Source: Octopus vulgaris
Taxonomy: Eukaryota
DNA: 64,000 bases
Reading direction: 5' to 3'
Assembly (NCBI GenBank): GCA_951406725.2
Contig: OX597834.1
Location: forward strand, 1,116,001-1,180,000
In this document: positions 1 to 13,466 of the stretch, in pieces
How positions within the stretch are numbered: position 1 is the stretch's first letter
Layout: the number at the start of each line of letters is the position of its first letter
Notes under the pieces: model-generated
Database searches by the model: none
Seen by the model: the letters and a program-made list of their open reading frames with translations, nothing else
Told to the model about the DNA's origin: nothing
Program-made: the position numbers and the translations under genes

Positions 1-96
1 GAGTATACCGTGGACATTTGTATATTATTATTGTGTAGTCCTCTTGCACTCTTTCTCTCTCCCTTCTTTCTTCTTGTATTTCTCTCTCTCCCTCTA

Positions 97-166
<70 letters not shown>

Positions 167-454
167 TTATATTTATATTTATGTGTGTGTATGTGTGTGT
201 GTGCGTGTGCGTGTATATCAGTCGTATTATGTTAAACTGTCGTATGTCCAAATATGGTCAAGTGCCTTTTTTTTTGTTTCAATATTTATTTCTGCTTGCA
301 ATAGCCGGTTCTTTGGTCAAGCTGTCGTATCTCCAGCTGCTTCAGACACCAAGATACCAAATATTGTCAAAGTATAATGCAATGGCTTTGCTATGCGATT
401 GTTTTCTGAAAATGCAACGTTTTGGACTTACGACACTTTTGCATAAAGCAATGG

Positions 455-694
<240 letters not shown>

Positions 695-1205
695 AAAGTT
701 TAATAATGAGTGTAGAAATATCAATTTATTTTTAAAATCCCCAGATTAAGAAACTTTTATTACATCGATATAAATTCATGATTCTATACTTAAATCTTAA
801 TTTTACTGATATGGCCACGAGTAAAATCATGTTTAATGATTATGTTCTCAGTTGATACGCATGTGTAATTTGGAGTTCTCTGGTCATTATATTTACTCCG
901 GTACTATTCTAACAATAATCACACTGCTGAGATGCGCGATTATATATGATGTATACGTGGGAAATGTATGTATATATTGGTATCTGTACGCAAGTATTTA
1001 TCGGTATGTATATATATTTTTCACATCTTAACATACAGAGTTATCCGAAATTTTACAAATCTTCTTGTCCATTTCCTAGCATTCAGCTTTGTGCAAAAAG
1101 GGAGAACAAATTTAGAGTGGCTTGTAGACATTCGACATCTACTTGTAGAGTATTAGCGTTAACCCTACAGCGCCGTTAATTATAATTATAAATTCATTAT
1201 CATAT

Positions 1206-1276
<71 letters not shown>

Positions 1277-1277
<1 letters not shown>

Positions 1278-2028
1278 CAATTTAATTAGGTGTTAAATAA
1301 CTACCTGAGGGATATTAGATATCCGAAGAATTTACTCGGATCTTTTTACCTATATTAATAACAATGTTATGAACTATCGCGCTTAAGAAATAGGTAAATA
1401 AATGATATAAATTTATCAATATATAAATATATATTAGAAATGGAAACCAAATTAATAAATTGAACAATTAATTAATTTAATAATTAAATGATAAATTAAA
1501 TTTTATTTTATACAAATGACACATCTCATAAATTACAGCTGTTTCCACACAATTAATAAAAAAATGTCTTTCAGGAATAATAAAATGTCGTTAAAATATA
1601 ATGAAGTTTCATCAGATAGACATATCTTTTTAAATATCTCACGAAAAAAATCCGGAGAGGGTGGTGTCCTCCAGTTTGAATTTACTAAAAGTTTCGCATT
1701 TGGAAGTACGTAGTGTAGTTGATTTTTTTCGTGAGATATTTAAGAAGATATGTCTATCTGATGAAACCTCATTATATTTAAACGATATTTTATTATTCTT
1801 GAAAAACTTGTTTTTATTAATGGTGTTGAAATATCCGTAATTTATGAAATGTGTCATTTGTTTGTATAAATAATAAAATTGAATTGAATTTATCATTTAT
1901 TGGTTAAATTATTTAATTGTTCAATTTATTATTTTGGTTACCATTTCTAATTTATATTTATATATTTATAAACTGTATGTATGTATTATTTATTTACCTA
2001 TTTGTTAAGAACGATAGTTAGAAACATT
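1277..2028 (-). mobile_element. Decayed PLE 3' end with inverted pseudo-LTR, adjoining a (TA)n tract
   Basis: Imperfect inverted repeat ~1363-1652 / 1721-2028 with a 68-bp spacer; both arms carry a hammerhead-like motif; a tail 1277-1360 outside the repeat abuts (TA)n, the same layout as the 56-59 kb element. Confidence 0.7.
1532..1617 (-). ncRNA. Hammerhead ribozyme-like motif, intact core, weak stem I
   Basis: Minus strand: CTGATGA, 63-nt stem II region, GAAA, palindrome CAGCTG, TA. Stem I is only ~2 bp. The inverted copy at ~1756-1841 (+) has stem III decayed to TATCCG. Confidence 0.55.
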
Positions 2029-2947
2029 TAACCAATGCACAAACAAACGGGAAACAGACACTGAAGGTCTCCAAATCCTCATACATATAATCATGATCGT
2101 AAGTGTCGGGATTTCGATTCCTCGTGACGTGCTGCGTTCTTGAGCAAGCCATTATTTCACATTGCTCCACTCTACTAGGTTGGCAAGAATGAATAATACG
2201 AGTATTTCAAAGAGATTTTGGCAAAAAGGAGGGAGGTGCATTGGGCTTTTATCTATGTGTGTATGTATGTATTTATGTATGTATCTATCTATCTGTCTAT
2301 CTATCTTCATATATACATCAATACATATATCTATATACTCCTACATACATATATCCATATGCAAACACTCAAATGTTTGCGTGCGTGTTTATGTCTCTCT
2401 CTCCATCCTCTCTCTCTCCATCCATCCCCTCTTTCTCTCCATCATGTCTCTCCGTCTCTCTCCCTCTCTCCCCCTTCTCTCTCTGCCTGTATCTGTAATC
2501 TTTCATCTTAATGCTTCTCTTAAATACGAAATATCCATCCGAATTTGTATATTCTTTGATTTCCCTCAAGTCCACAGATCGATATGTGTTTTTCCTATCG
2601 ATATTCCAGTTAAAGTGCGTCATGTACCTCTGCACTTTCATAATCTCCCAATTCCACAGTATGCTTCCTTTCCAAACATGCCCACGCCACTGACCAAACA
2701 CGACGACCAGGTTCTTCTCTATCATTGATTCGCCTAATATTTGTTAGATCGATAATGTTCTATTTACTTCCACTATGTGTATTTAACAGAGCAATCTACA
2801 GAAAAAAATCAATCACTTCTTCTCTGCTACTCATAATCGATATAAAGCAACCAAAAAAATCCCAAACATATAAATTCTTGGAATGTTTTTTCTTCTCGTC
2901 GTTATTATTGATGATCAATTAATTAAAAAAATATTATTAGTATTGTG

Positions 2948-3003
<56 letters not shown>

Positions 3004-3281
3004 ATATTCAGTTACGGTTGAAATGTTAGGTCGTATGTCGGATCCGATTTCTTGTCATACAGGGGCAACTGTCTTTTATATTCCCCTATTCAAAGCCATC
3101 GCAAGTTTCTTTCTCTCCCTCTCTCGCACTTGACAGAAACTGGGGATGTACCAGTAATTCCTTCGTTTACCTTCCGCCCACACACTGGGTCACGTTGACT
3201 CAATAAGAATCCTTCTTTCTTTAAAGGGATTCATGGAGTATTAAGAAAAACACATGCTAATTCATATTCCGGTGGTCCAGA

Positions 3282-3387
<106 letters not shown>

Positions 3388-3454
3388 ATACATATATAAA
3401 TGTGCATGTATGCATGTACTTTTACATATATGCACTTACACATATCTATATATC

Positions 3455-3505
<51 letters not shown>

Positions 3506-3558
3506 TGTATATATATGTATATATATATATATGTATATATATGTATATATATATATGT

Positions 3559-3844
3559 GGAGGCGCAATGGCCCAGTGGTTAGGGCAGCGGACTCGCGGT
3601 CATAGGATCGCGGTTTCGATTCCCAGACCGGGCGTTGTGAGTGCTTATTGAGCGAAAACACCTAAAAGCTCCACGAGGCTCCGGCAGGGGGTGGTCCCAC
3701 AACTTTCTCTCACTCTTTCTTCTGTTGGCCTGCTCGCTTAGCCAGCGGGGTGGCGTCATTCGAAGGCTAAAACAATGCGAACGCATTGTGACCAGCGATG
3801 TGTAGCAACATCTGATGGTCTGGTCGGTCACATGATCACGTGAT
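3559..3844 (+). mobile_element. tRNA-derived SINE
   Basis: A box TGGCCCAGTGG and B box GGTTTCGATTCC, GC-rich body, TGATCACG-type tail, embedded in (TA)n. Confidence 0.85.
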
Positions 3845-3849
3845 ATATG

Positions 3850-3884
<35 letters not shown>

Positions 3885-4218
3885 GTATGTATACGCATGC
3901 TTGTATGTAAGTATTTATAAATCTTTACAAGGACTTACTTACCTTGTTAAGTTGAAAGTGCACTCTTGAGTTGAGGCGGAGGTAATGATTGTGTGGAAGA
4001 CGGCGATAGTCGTGGAGACAGGGATGATGCGATGGAAATGGTGATCAATGAATGGGAAAACCCCATCTTCACTCCACCGATCATCCAAGTATTTTGATAC
4101 GGAAAAAGTGGACCGTTCCTTAAACCTTTCTGCTGTCTCTATTTCCAGAGATTCGCCATTTATATTTACACACACATACACAAACGCACACACACACGAC
4201 TGCGCATATATATATATA

Positions 4219-4283
<65 letters not shown>

Positions 4284-4373
4284 TGTTTAGATGCAGCTGT
4301 ATAAACACTGATGTAGACACTTATATGTAGATATGACTACATATACATCTGTATAAATACATCAGTATATGTA

Positions 4374-4419
<46 letters not shown>

Positions 4420-4498
4420 CATACTGGCCACAAACATATATATGCAAGCATACACCTATACATGCATATGTGGATAAAGACATTAATAAATATACATA

Positions 4499-4534
<36 letters not shown>

Positions 4535-4881
4535 TGTATGTATGTATGTATGTATGTATGTATGTATGTATGTATGTGTATATATATATGTATGTTTGTA
4601 TGTATTTGTATGTATGTATGTCTACACACATATACATATCGATCTGCCGGTTCTTTGGCTCCGATTGCCCATAATATGTACAGCAGTAATGGTGTTAGTT
4701 TGGCACGTAAACAGGATAGAATCAGTGGAGCGAAACGAGTCGCTGTTTATCGCTCACCATCGGCAAAACAATTCCAATAAAGACCTATTTTCGAGGAACT
4801 GATCAAAGACACAGAAGATAATAAAATTATGGCATCGGTATACTTTTTTACACATACACGGACATACACACACACACATAT

Positions 4882-4932
<51 letters not shown>

Positions 4933-4940
4933 AGTTCACT

Positions 4941-4992
<52 letters not shown>

Positions 4993-6464
4993 CTATATAT
5001 ATTCACACATCTAAAAACATATGCATATATATAAATATATGTGTATGTATAAATATATATGCATATACATATGTATATGTATATATATTGTACATATATA
5101 TGTATATATGTATGTATATATATATATATGTCTATATATATGTATATATATACATATGTGTATATATATATATATATACACATATATATAAACATAGATG
5201 TATATATATGGATATACATATGTATATACACACATATACATATATATACAGACGCACATACATATGTATATTCATATATGTATGGGTATATATATATATA
5301 TATGTTTGTGTGTGTAAGTATGTGTGCGTAGAATCTAAAGATAATAAGAGCTGCTCATTTTAGTTTTTTGAATTTCTCTTTCACTTTCCTCACACGTCCA
5401 TATATGCATACAGAGACACGCATATACACACACACATACACGTATATAGACACGCATTCATATATATATATATATATACATATATATAAACATATACATA
5501 TACATATAGAGATACAGATAACGTAACGTACACGTACTTATATACACAGGCACACGTCCATATTTACATACATCGACAAACGTAGACATTTACTCACACA
5601 GACGCATACCCACTCCTCTTTATTACGAAAAGCAGCTAAGTGTGTTAGCGGAATTGGTAAACATGTAAGATGCTTAGAACAGATGAAGGTGATATTTCCA
5701 ATTCTTGGATCAATTTTGGAATCAGATTACGAAAGAAAGTTCTCTTGTTAAAGAGTTAAATAGAAATCGACGAACGCACGGTTTGGCAGAAAATTGGCAG
5801 CAGGGTGGAAATCGGGTAGTACAGGCGTTTTATTATTGTTTTACTTTCTTCTTTCTGTCAATAGACTACGGCCATGCTGGAGTAGTACTTTTAAGGCTTA
5901 CAACCAAGCTAGTGCTTATTTGAATTTCCGATGGTTATTTTATTGATCTGCCTCCTGAGAAATCGCTGTTTGGCACAACACCAGTTTTGCACTGGTAGGC
6001 ATAAACATAAAGACAGATACACACAGACACATACGAATTTGTAGACGTATATGTGTGTGAGCGTGTGTATGAGAGTGTGGGTGGGTGTTCATACACATAT
6101 ATACATTAGACCTGCTCTGTGAACAGGCATTGTAAACACAATATCGTTTCTATTTCTTTTTCTCTTATGCTTCTTATTACTTTTCCTTCAATTTGAAACT
6201 TTAAATTTATTTTTATTTCTTTTATCATTGGAGGTATTTTCCATCTACACGTTTTCCCCATTGTTGCTGTTACGTTTTGTATTTCTGCCTTTTAACGTGT
6301 TTTGATCGCCTCTTTTAGTGTAATATGTTTAATTTATCCTTGCCTCATATTATTGTTTATTTCTGTGATTTTATATACGTATAAACTTTGGTCAGCTTTG
6401 AGAAAATCGACTGTGATGCGCAGATTGATCATAGGGATAGTATGTACGTATATCTCTCTATATA

Positions 6465-6790
6465 TAATAAAATACAAAATGGGACAAGAACGCAAAGCAT
6501 CCGGTCAACTAGGTGATACAAAGAGGAACAACAAAACATCCAGATAGGCTATACAAAAAAAACACGGACGGGTCATTCGAAGCCTTTTATCTTCAGTCAA
6601 GAACCGGATCATCTTCGTAATTTCGGCAGATTAATCTTGAGACTGCTCCAAACTGGCCAGCCCAAAGGAAAAACTAAGCTAAGAGCATTAGATTACTTGG
6701 AAAAAAGCATCGAATGTATATGAAACAAGGACAGAAAAACGGACGATGTTACACAAATATATATACAAAAATAATACAAAAAAAATAATA
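6465..6790. repeat. Unclassified ~300-bp interspersed repeat, copy 1
   Basis: Homologous to 27547-27835 (ggacaagaacgcaaa...cttcagtcaagaac...ttaatcttgaga...ctggccagccc...gcattagatt...cgaatgtata). Confidence 0.8.
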
Positions 6791-7451
6791 ATAAGGGTGA
6801 ACTTGGCGTCCTAAAACCTTGATCGGCAACCATTTTAGAGTTGGTGTTGTATTTGGGGTAACCCTTTAAATGAAAATCTCAAATAAACACACCCGGGGAG
6901 AAAATCCAAATATCGGCCTGAATGGGAAGACTCCCCTGGATGTCCAAGACACCAGAACACCCGTGCCTGCCAGGGGGCCCTCACAAGGCAATGGAGTGGA
7001 AGACCAGACCCCCATCTAGTTGTAATCCTTTTATTGTGCAACGTACTCGCAGATGCAAGTGATCTGTTATGAACAAAAAGGCGATCCAGTGCCATAAACA
7101 AGTCTTGCTAATCAAGAACAATGGCAAATGTAAAACTGTTGGGAGAAAAATCATCAGAACTTTAGAACCAGCTTCAGATGACTGAAAATGGGCTCATGAT
7201 CAGATAAGACTAATTCGGGATAGAGGCTTTCTTAATGAGACCCAGATTGAGACAATCAGGAAAAGCCTCTGTAGCGGTGACAACCTCGAGGAGTAGGTAA
7301 AGATCAGCGAATGCGTAGGCAAGATGAAGTTGTAGTAGAGGAGAGTCCGCCCAATCAATATAATGTAGAAAACCCTGTCTCGCGAGAAGATATGACTGAG
7401 GAAGAGAGAAACCTCAGGAGACTCGAGAATTGAGATGGCAGCTAGGAGAGT

Positions 7452-7730
7452 CAAACAAAGTTTGTCTCCGCTGTCATCAGAACATTGGGTTCAATACCAT
7501 TTAAGCTGAAGAAACATCTGGAAACTTTAAAAATACCCAAATCGTCATTACTTGGAACTGCACTTATGTTGCGTAAAGAACCGTCAGTCTGAGGTGGTTG
7601 TTGTGACTTGACAGAAAGTGCAAACCACGGCAGACACAATATCTTCAATCAACGACATTACGATATCGCACACTGTGCGACGTCCTGCTATTACTGTTGT
7701 AATAATAATGACAACAATAATAATACCAAG
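7452..7730 (+). mobile_element. 3' end of a Dong/R4-type non-LTR retrotransposon
   Basis: Translates as VSAVIRTLGSIPFKLKKHLETLKIPKSSLLGTALMLRKEPSV*, matching the R4/Dong C-terminal pattern P.V.GALG.IP..L...L....QK..LLGTA.ILR; followed by an (AAT/AAC)n tail. Confidence 0.65.
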
Positions 7731-8771
7731 AAGGAGAAGCAGAAGAAGAACAACAACAACAATAACGACAGCTATAATCACAAACATTTATTCTACAGAC
7801 TTCAGTGAAGTGACTGACATTGTGCTTAGCATATTAAATAATTAGAAAGGAGACAACTGAAGCAATTTATTTCATTTGCAAAATCTCTTTTTCATTCATC
7901 AAAGTTATAAATTATCTTCTTGATCCCTCCTCCCCTCACTTACTCTCTCTCTCCCTCTTTCTCCCCCTCCATCTCTCCCCTGTGTCTCTCTCTAGAACCA
8001 ATTCCTCGAAAAAATTTTCGCTTTACATCCCAGGTGTATCTTTGTGTATTCGGATCTTTACCTCTGTCGGAGACATTCTGAAACCACTAAAATATAACGT
8101 GTATTCTCTTTCATTCTCGGTCTTCTTGCAATCACTCTAAAAATGGCACAATTCAAAGGAAATATTTTAATATTTATAGTTGATGAAAAAATATATCTAA
8201 CAGAATCCAAATAATCATGGATATTTAATTTTTTAATATTATTTCCCATGGTTTAGAAGAAAACTTTTAAAATTTATTATAATTGAAATAAGAATAAGTG
8301 ATATTTATGCCTTTCCCAAGAGTATTAACGTAAGATAAGAATAAAATGTTCTTCAGCAGAAGACAGCAATCTCTTCATCAAGATGTAAACACTGCCGTTG
8401 GTGGGAGCGACCAGGGTAAAAACCACGATGTATTATCACGAGAGTTTTATCATGGGAGTGAGTTCCTTTATTCTATGACTCCGGTTAATATTCTTCTATA
8501 ATATACACAAACACACTGGGACACGATACTCTACAAACATTTCGATACAGATTATTTAATTTGTCTGAGATTACGGAAAGAAAATGAATGGGTTTTATTA
8601 ATGTAGTTCTTATATTATTTGGCGATTTTCCCCTGGTGTGTGTCACAACACAGAAATATAAAACCAATAGAAAAAGATTTATTAACTTAATATAGATCTT
8701 TCCTCCTAATGATTCATACACATCACAATTTGCTGAATTTTCTATCAAGGAACGGTACATTTTAACGTATG

Positions 8772-8803
<32 letters not shown>

Positions 8804-8942
8804 TGTATGTATGTATGTATGTATGCATGCATGCATGTATGTATGTGTGTGTGTGTATGTATGTATGTATGTATGTATGTATGTATGCATGCATGTATGT
8901 ATGTGTGTGTGTGTGTATGTATGTATCTATGTATGTATGTAT

Positions 8943-9495
8943 GTCAGGTAACTTTCGAGTGCTACTGGTAACATGTAACCAAGTACAACCTGTTGCAAGG
9001 TCGGGTCGTCGGCGACTAAACCGGCAACTCCATCAAGCTTGCTTGGTAAGGAGGGTGATTATTGGACACCCTGCAGAATGAAATACAAAATCCGTCAAAG
9101 GGGGGGGGAAGAACTCTTGAGAGTCAACGGCCATCCAGTAAATGGCTTAAGGCTGTATCATGCGTGGGGACATAGAAATAATCGGACTGAATACTCGATC
9201 GCGCGGTTAAACCATTGGGAGTGAAGGACTCCTAGCCTTTGTTAGGGCATCCTTCTAGGAGAAGGTAACTCAGGTAACTGGGATAACTCCGACATAAAAC
9301 CTGCGGCTCAGTGGTTACCGATGATGTTGACTTGTTCTTCTTTTCGGTTATGGCTGCTGTTGCTTAGTGAGTAGGACTGACTCAGTGCACAGCCTTTCCT
9401 CACTTAAAACTAAATCTTCTTGCACAGGCATTGCACAATAACAACATTGATTAAGCTTCGTGCAATGGCCACACTCGATAACGAGAGTGCAGCCA
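8943..9495 (+). mobile_element. Interspersed repeat, probably RTE-LINE 5' UTR-related non-autonomous element
   Basis: GC-richer island between microsatellites; contains CTAGGAGAAGGTAACTC, which resembles the RTE 5'-UTR motif; no ORF. Confidence 0.35.
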
Positions 9496-9715
9496 CCATG
9501 TATGTACGTGTTTGTGTGTATGTGTGTGTGTGTTAAAATAATATCATCCATATTAACATCTAATCTCCATTTACGTAATTATGAATTTTTTGAATTCTGT
9601 TTAATTAGTTAAATCATATAATTTATATATATAATGCATATATACATGTATGAATACATATATATACATATAATCTATACATACACAGTGAGCACATTAT
9701 ATATATATACACACA

Positions 9716-9939
9716 CAGTAATCCCTCGACTATCGCGGGTGTTACGTTCCCAAATCCCCCGCGATAGGCGAAAATACGCGAAGTAGAAACGGGTCTGTAC
9801 TGTATATTTTATTATAATTACTTTTATAATTTGTACATATTTATTTTATTATAAATGCAAAACAATTCCGCGGAGGAACCGACGTAAGCTTAAATAATAA
9901 ACTGGGATAGGTGAATCGTGATATGTCGAGGCATTAGAG
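9716..9939. mobile_element. pogo/Tigger-like MITE
   Basis: Left TIR CAGTAATCCCTCGACTATCGCG and a degenerate reverse complement CGTGATATGTCGAGGCATTA near 9917-9936. Confidence 0.65.
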
Positions 9940-10039
9940 TACACTGAACCGCAAAAGAAATGCGAGAGGTGTGTGAATACGAAATCGTTTTAATTTCATT
10001 ATGCCAGAGATAAATTTTGATAAATCTGATAAAGTCAAA

Positions 10040-10849
10040 TTCTTGGATGCACTTTGACCACAGTCAACGGATCGTTGTCATGTGCATGTGAACTAAGTTT
10101 CAACGTTCTGCTGTTTACAGCAGTGCTTGGAAGGAACGTGTGTAGTGTGTGATCGTCACATTGACCATGACAGAGAAAGTTGAGCAGAGAATCTGCATCA
10201 AAGTTTTGCCAAAAGCTTGGAAATACACGCGTAGAGGCCTACGCAAAGTTTTCAAAAAGTTTCCATCATTCTCAACACAATCAATATCATGTGCAACTCC
10301 AGTATCCTTTTGGGCAGCTGAAAGCAGTTTTGGTACAAACTTGGCAGACTCGCATCTCATACCCAAATCTTCGGTGATTATGGACTGAACTGAACTGAAA
10401 CTAATCTGCACATCCTCCGATAACTCACGGATGGTGATTCGACGATTTCCCCTCACTGCTGCACACAAAACGTAACAGCAACAAACTGCGATGCTTTTCT
10501 CAGTTCTGCTGGTTGCGGGTCTCCCTGAACGTTCGTCAATATCGAAATTTGTCTCTGCCATCTTGGAAACGCCTGAACCAATCGTACACTCCTCTCCATA
10601 CACTTTCTACAACTTTGTGTCAGCCTCTGGGCAGATATCGTCATGCCAACTTTCTCTGTCATGGTCAATGTGACAATCACATGCTACACGGTTCCTCGCA
10701 CTGCTGTAAACAGAGAGAAGTGAGATACAACATTAAAACATAGTATGCACGAACATCAGAGGTCAATATATGCCAAGCGTCTATACTCTGCATGCTATAG
10801 CTTCGTTACTATGGCAACAGGCCGGATACTTATTGATCAGACGTCGTAT
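10040..10849 (-). mobile_element. Rearranged mariner relic, two 5' ends facing each other
   Basis: Minus ORF 10115..10603 encodes a mariner HTH region (DERSGRP...RRITIRELSEDVQISFSSVQSIITEDLGMR..SAKFVPKLLS); plus strand from ~10168 reads MTEKVEQRICIK(F)CQKLG; TIR-like TACGACGTCTGATCAATAAGTATCCGG on minus at ~10822-10848. Confidence 0.85.
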
Positions 10850-10987
10850 TGGGTATTTGCTTCTTTTTGTATCTTTGTCATAGATCACAAATATAAGAAA
10901 GAAGCTGTATCCCTTAATTTGCCTTTCTTTATACGAAGACTAAGAAGAAATCTTGCGAAACACTATTTTAACGAGATACCTCTTGAA

Positions 10988-11093
10988 ATCACCCGAGGAA
11001 ACACATCTACACCGAAGGAAACATCGAAACCTATTGTATAGTAACCCGACCGCGAGAGATCGATACTGGATATGTTGAAACGATTGTATTGAT
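10988..11093 (+). ncRNA. Decayed hammerhead with extended stem II (PLE end)
   Basis: atcac CCGAGGA aacacatct...ggatatgtt GAAA cgattg TA ttgat; one core substitution; homologous over ~150 bp to 59825-59975 (minus). Confidence 0.6.
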
Positions 11094-11215
11094 CAATAAA
11101 GATTCTCCTACATTTCATCTTCCATCTCTCATTGATTACACACTCTCTTTCTGTTTATCTTTCACATACATCACACACGCACACACACACACACACACTC
11201 ACACACACACACACT

Positions 11216-11257
<42 letters not shown>

Positions 11258-11313
11258 CACATACACAGACACACATATACATGTATTTATATGTGTATAT
11301 GTAGAGAAAAATA

Positions 11314-11465
<152 letters not shown>

Positions 11466-12043
11466 TTGTCAGTAATACTTTATGATAAGAGATGTTTGTT
11501 AATTTTTCTCATGGAGAGCCTGTTCTCTAAACGTCAGCATATCGTTTACATTACACCATTGTAAGATTTTCTTCCGCCTGAAGGTTTTTATACCTTTCCT
11601 CTGAACTGGCAACACAAATGGTGAACGTAAAATGCGGAAGCAGTTTGTTTTATTTTTGGAATATATTATCGAAACGTGCGTAAAGAATGAAGATTTAAAT
11701 ATTAATTGATTTCATCTCTTCCTGGTTTACATAGATATATATATTTATATATATATCTGTGTGTGTGTGTGTGTGTGTATTATATTTGGGGATACATTCA
11801 TGACTGCATGTATGTATGTGTACATGTGTGTAGTTGTGTGTGTGTGCTTGTGTAAATATTATGTATATATATATTACACACACATGTAAATATATATATG
11901 CAATCTGCCAGATTAATCTGCCGATATGGAGATTAAAAATGTGTTCCCTCGCTGTGAATAAAATATAATTTAATTGTAATTTTCCTCTCCGCTAGAAAAA
12001 GTTAATAAGAAATTAACTCACAGAAAAAAAGAACAACAATTTC

Positions 12044-12097
<54 letters not shown>

Positions 12098-12241
12098 CAC
12101 ACACACGCACGCGCACACACACACACGCGCACACGAACACACACGAACACAACACACACCGTAAGCTACAGTCCAAAACATTTCGCACATACATGTACAC
12201 AAATGTATATTCATACATATACATATGCATATGCCTATGTA

Positions 12242-12244
<3 letters not shown>

Positions 12245-12282
<38 letters not shown>

Positions 12283-12305
12283 GCGTATATATGTCTAAAC
12301 AGCTT

Positions 12306-12356
<51 letters not shown>

Positions 12357-12397
12357 TTTGATTTTGATTTTGATTTTTTTCAGTTTCAGCTTATGAG

Positions 12398-12433
<36 letters not shown>

Positions 12434-12476
12434 CTCATAAGCTGAAACTGAAAAAATCAAAATCAAAATCAAAATC

Positions 12477-12527
<51 letters not shown>

Positions 12528-12553
12528 CAAGCTGTTTAGACACATATATACGC

Positions 12554-12600
<47 letters not shown>
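12245..12600. repeat. Foldback palindrome centred on a (TA)n tract
   Basis: gtctaaacagctt...(CA)n...ttttgattttgatttttttcagtttcagcttatgagctg-(AT)n-cagctcataagctgaaactgaaaaaatcaaaatcaaaa...(TG)n...aagctgtttagac; centre ~12415. Confidence 0.9.
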
Positions 12601-12613
<13 letters not shown>

Positions 12614-12633
12614 GTATTTATATGTATATGTAT

Positions 12634-12670
<37 letters not shown>

Positions 12671-13136
12671 CACATACACCCTCTCACATGTGCATATACA
12701 GTATATGTACTTATTTACACATAAATAAATACAAACACCTCAACAGCGTAGTTTTTTTTTTTTTCCTGTTTATCGCTCTCCAAGATTAAAAAAGTAAAAC
12801 TATCCATTTGTTAAATTGCCTCCCCAATATTTCCATTGTAATTCTTTTCTTGTAGAAACTCGGCCTGATAGAAAGAGGGTGTGCGTGCGCATTTAGGTAT
12901 TGGGTAACGGATGGATGAGAAGGTGAAACGGTTGCTGAAAGATTGCGAATCTTGTTCTTTGGTTTGGCATCGAATTAAAGATTATAAACCTTGGCGCAGC
13001 AATATCCTAATAGAATTTACAGATTTTTAATTTGGGGAAATTGATTTCAATCGCCAAATTTGTGAGAATATGATATTTTCGTTAGAAGCTGTAATGAATA
13101 TATAAGTGTGTTTGAGTATGTATATATGTATATATC

Positions 13137-13198
<62 letters not shown>

Positions 13199-13466
13199 CA
13201 TAATTATACACACATGCACATATGTATACTTACGTATTTATATATAAGTATAAATATAAATAGATATACGTGTGTGCTTACGTGCACGCGTGTTCGTGTG
13301 TGTGTATGTGTGTGTGCGTAAACAACTACATATATACATGTATGGTTATGCATGCGATGAATTGTGGTTATTTTAAGGCACTTTTAAGAATAGCAATTGA
13401 ATATTTACTGATGTTGGACAATCTAAATTTTGACAGGTTTGACTTGATAACGAATATATATATATA

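Noticed and set aside
3559-3635. tRNA gene (also at 42361 and 61765)
   Set aside because: These are SINE heads: A/B boxes without a full cloverleaf, followed by SINE bodies.
4708-4750. taaacag...GAAACGAGTCG ctgttta hammerhead-like hairpin
   Set aside because: No CUGANGA box and no NUH triplet.
6800-7450. Possible minus-strand LINE RT fragment; other complex islands at 22440-22660, 24750-25500, 29580-30270, 32640-32960 and 44330-44700
   Set aside because: Probably decayed LINE pieces, but I could not read diagnostic motifs with confidence.
11671-11690. GAAACGTGCGTA half-motif; likewise GAAACACGTGTA at ~30048
   Set aside because: No upstream CUGANGA with a matching stem I; may be very old relics but unsupported.
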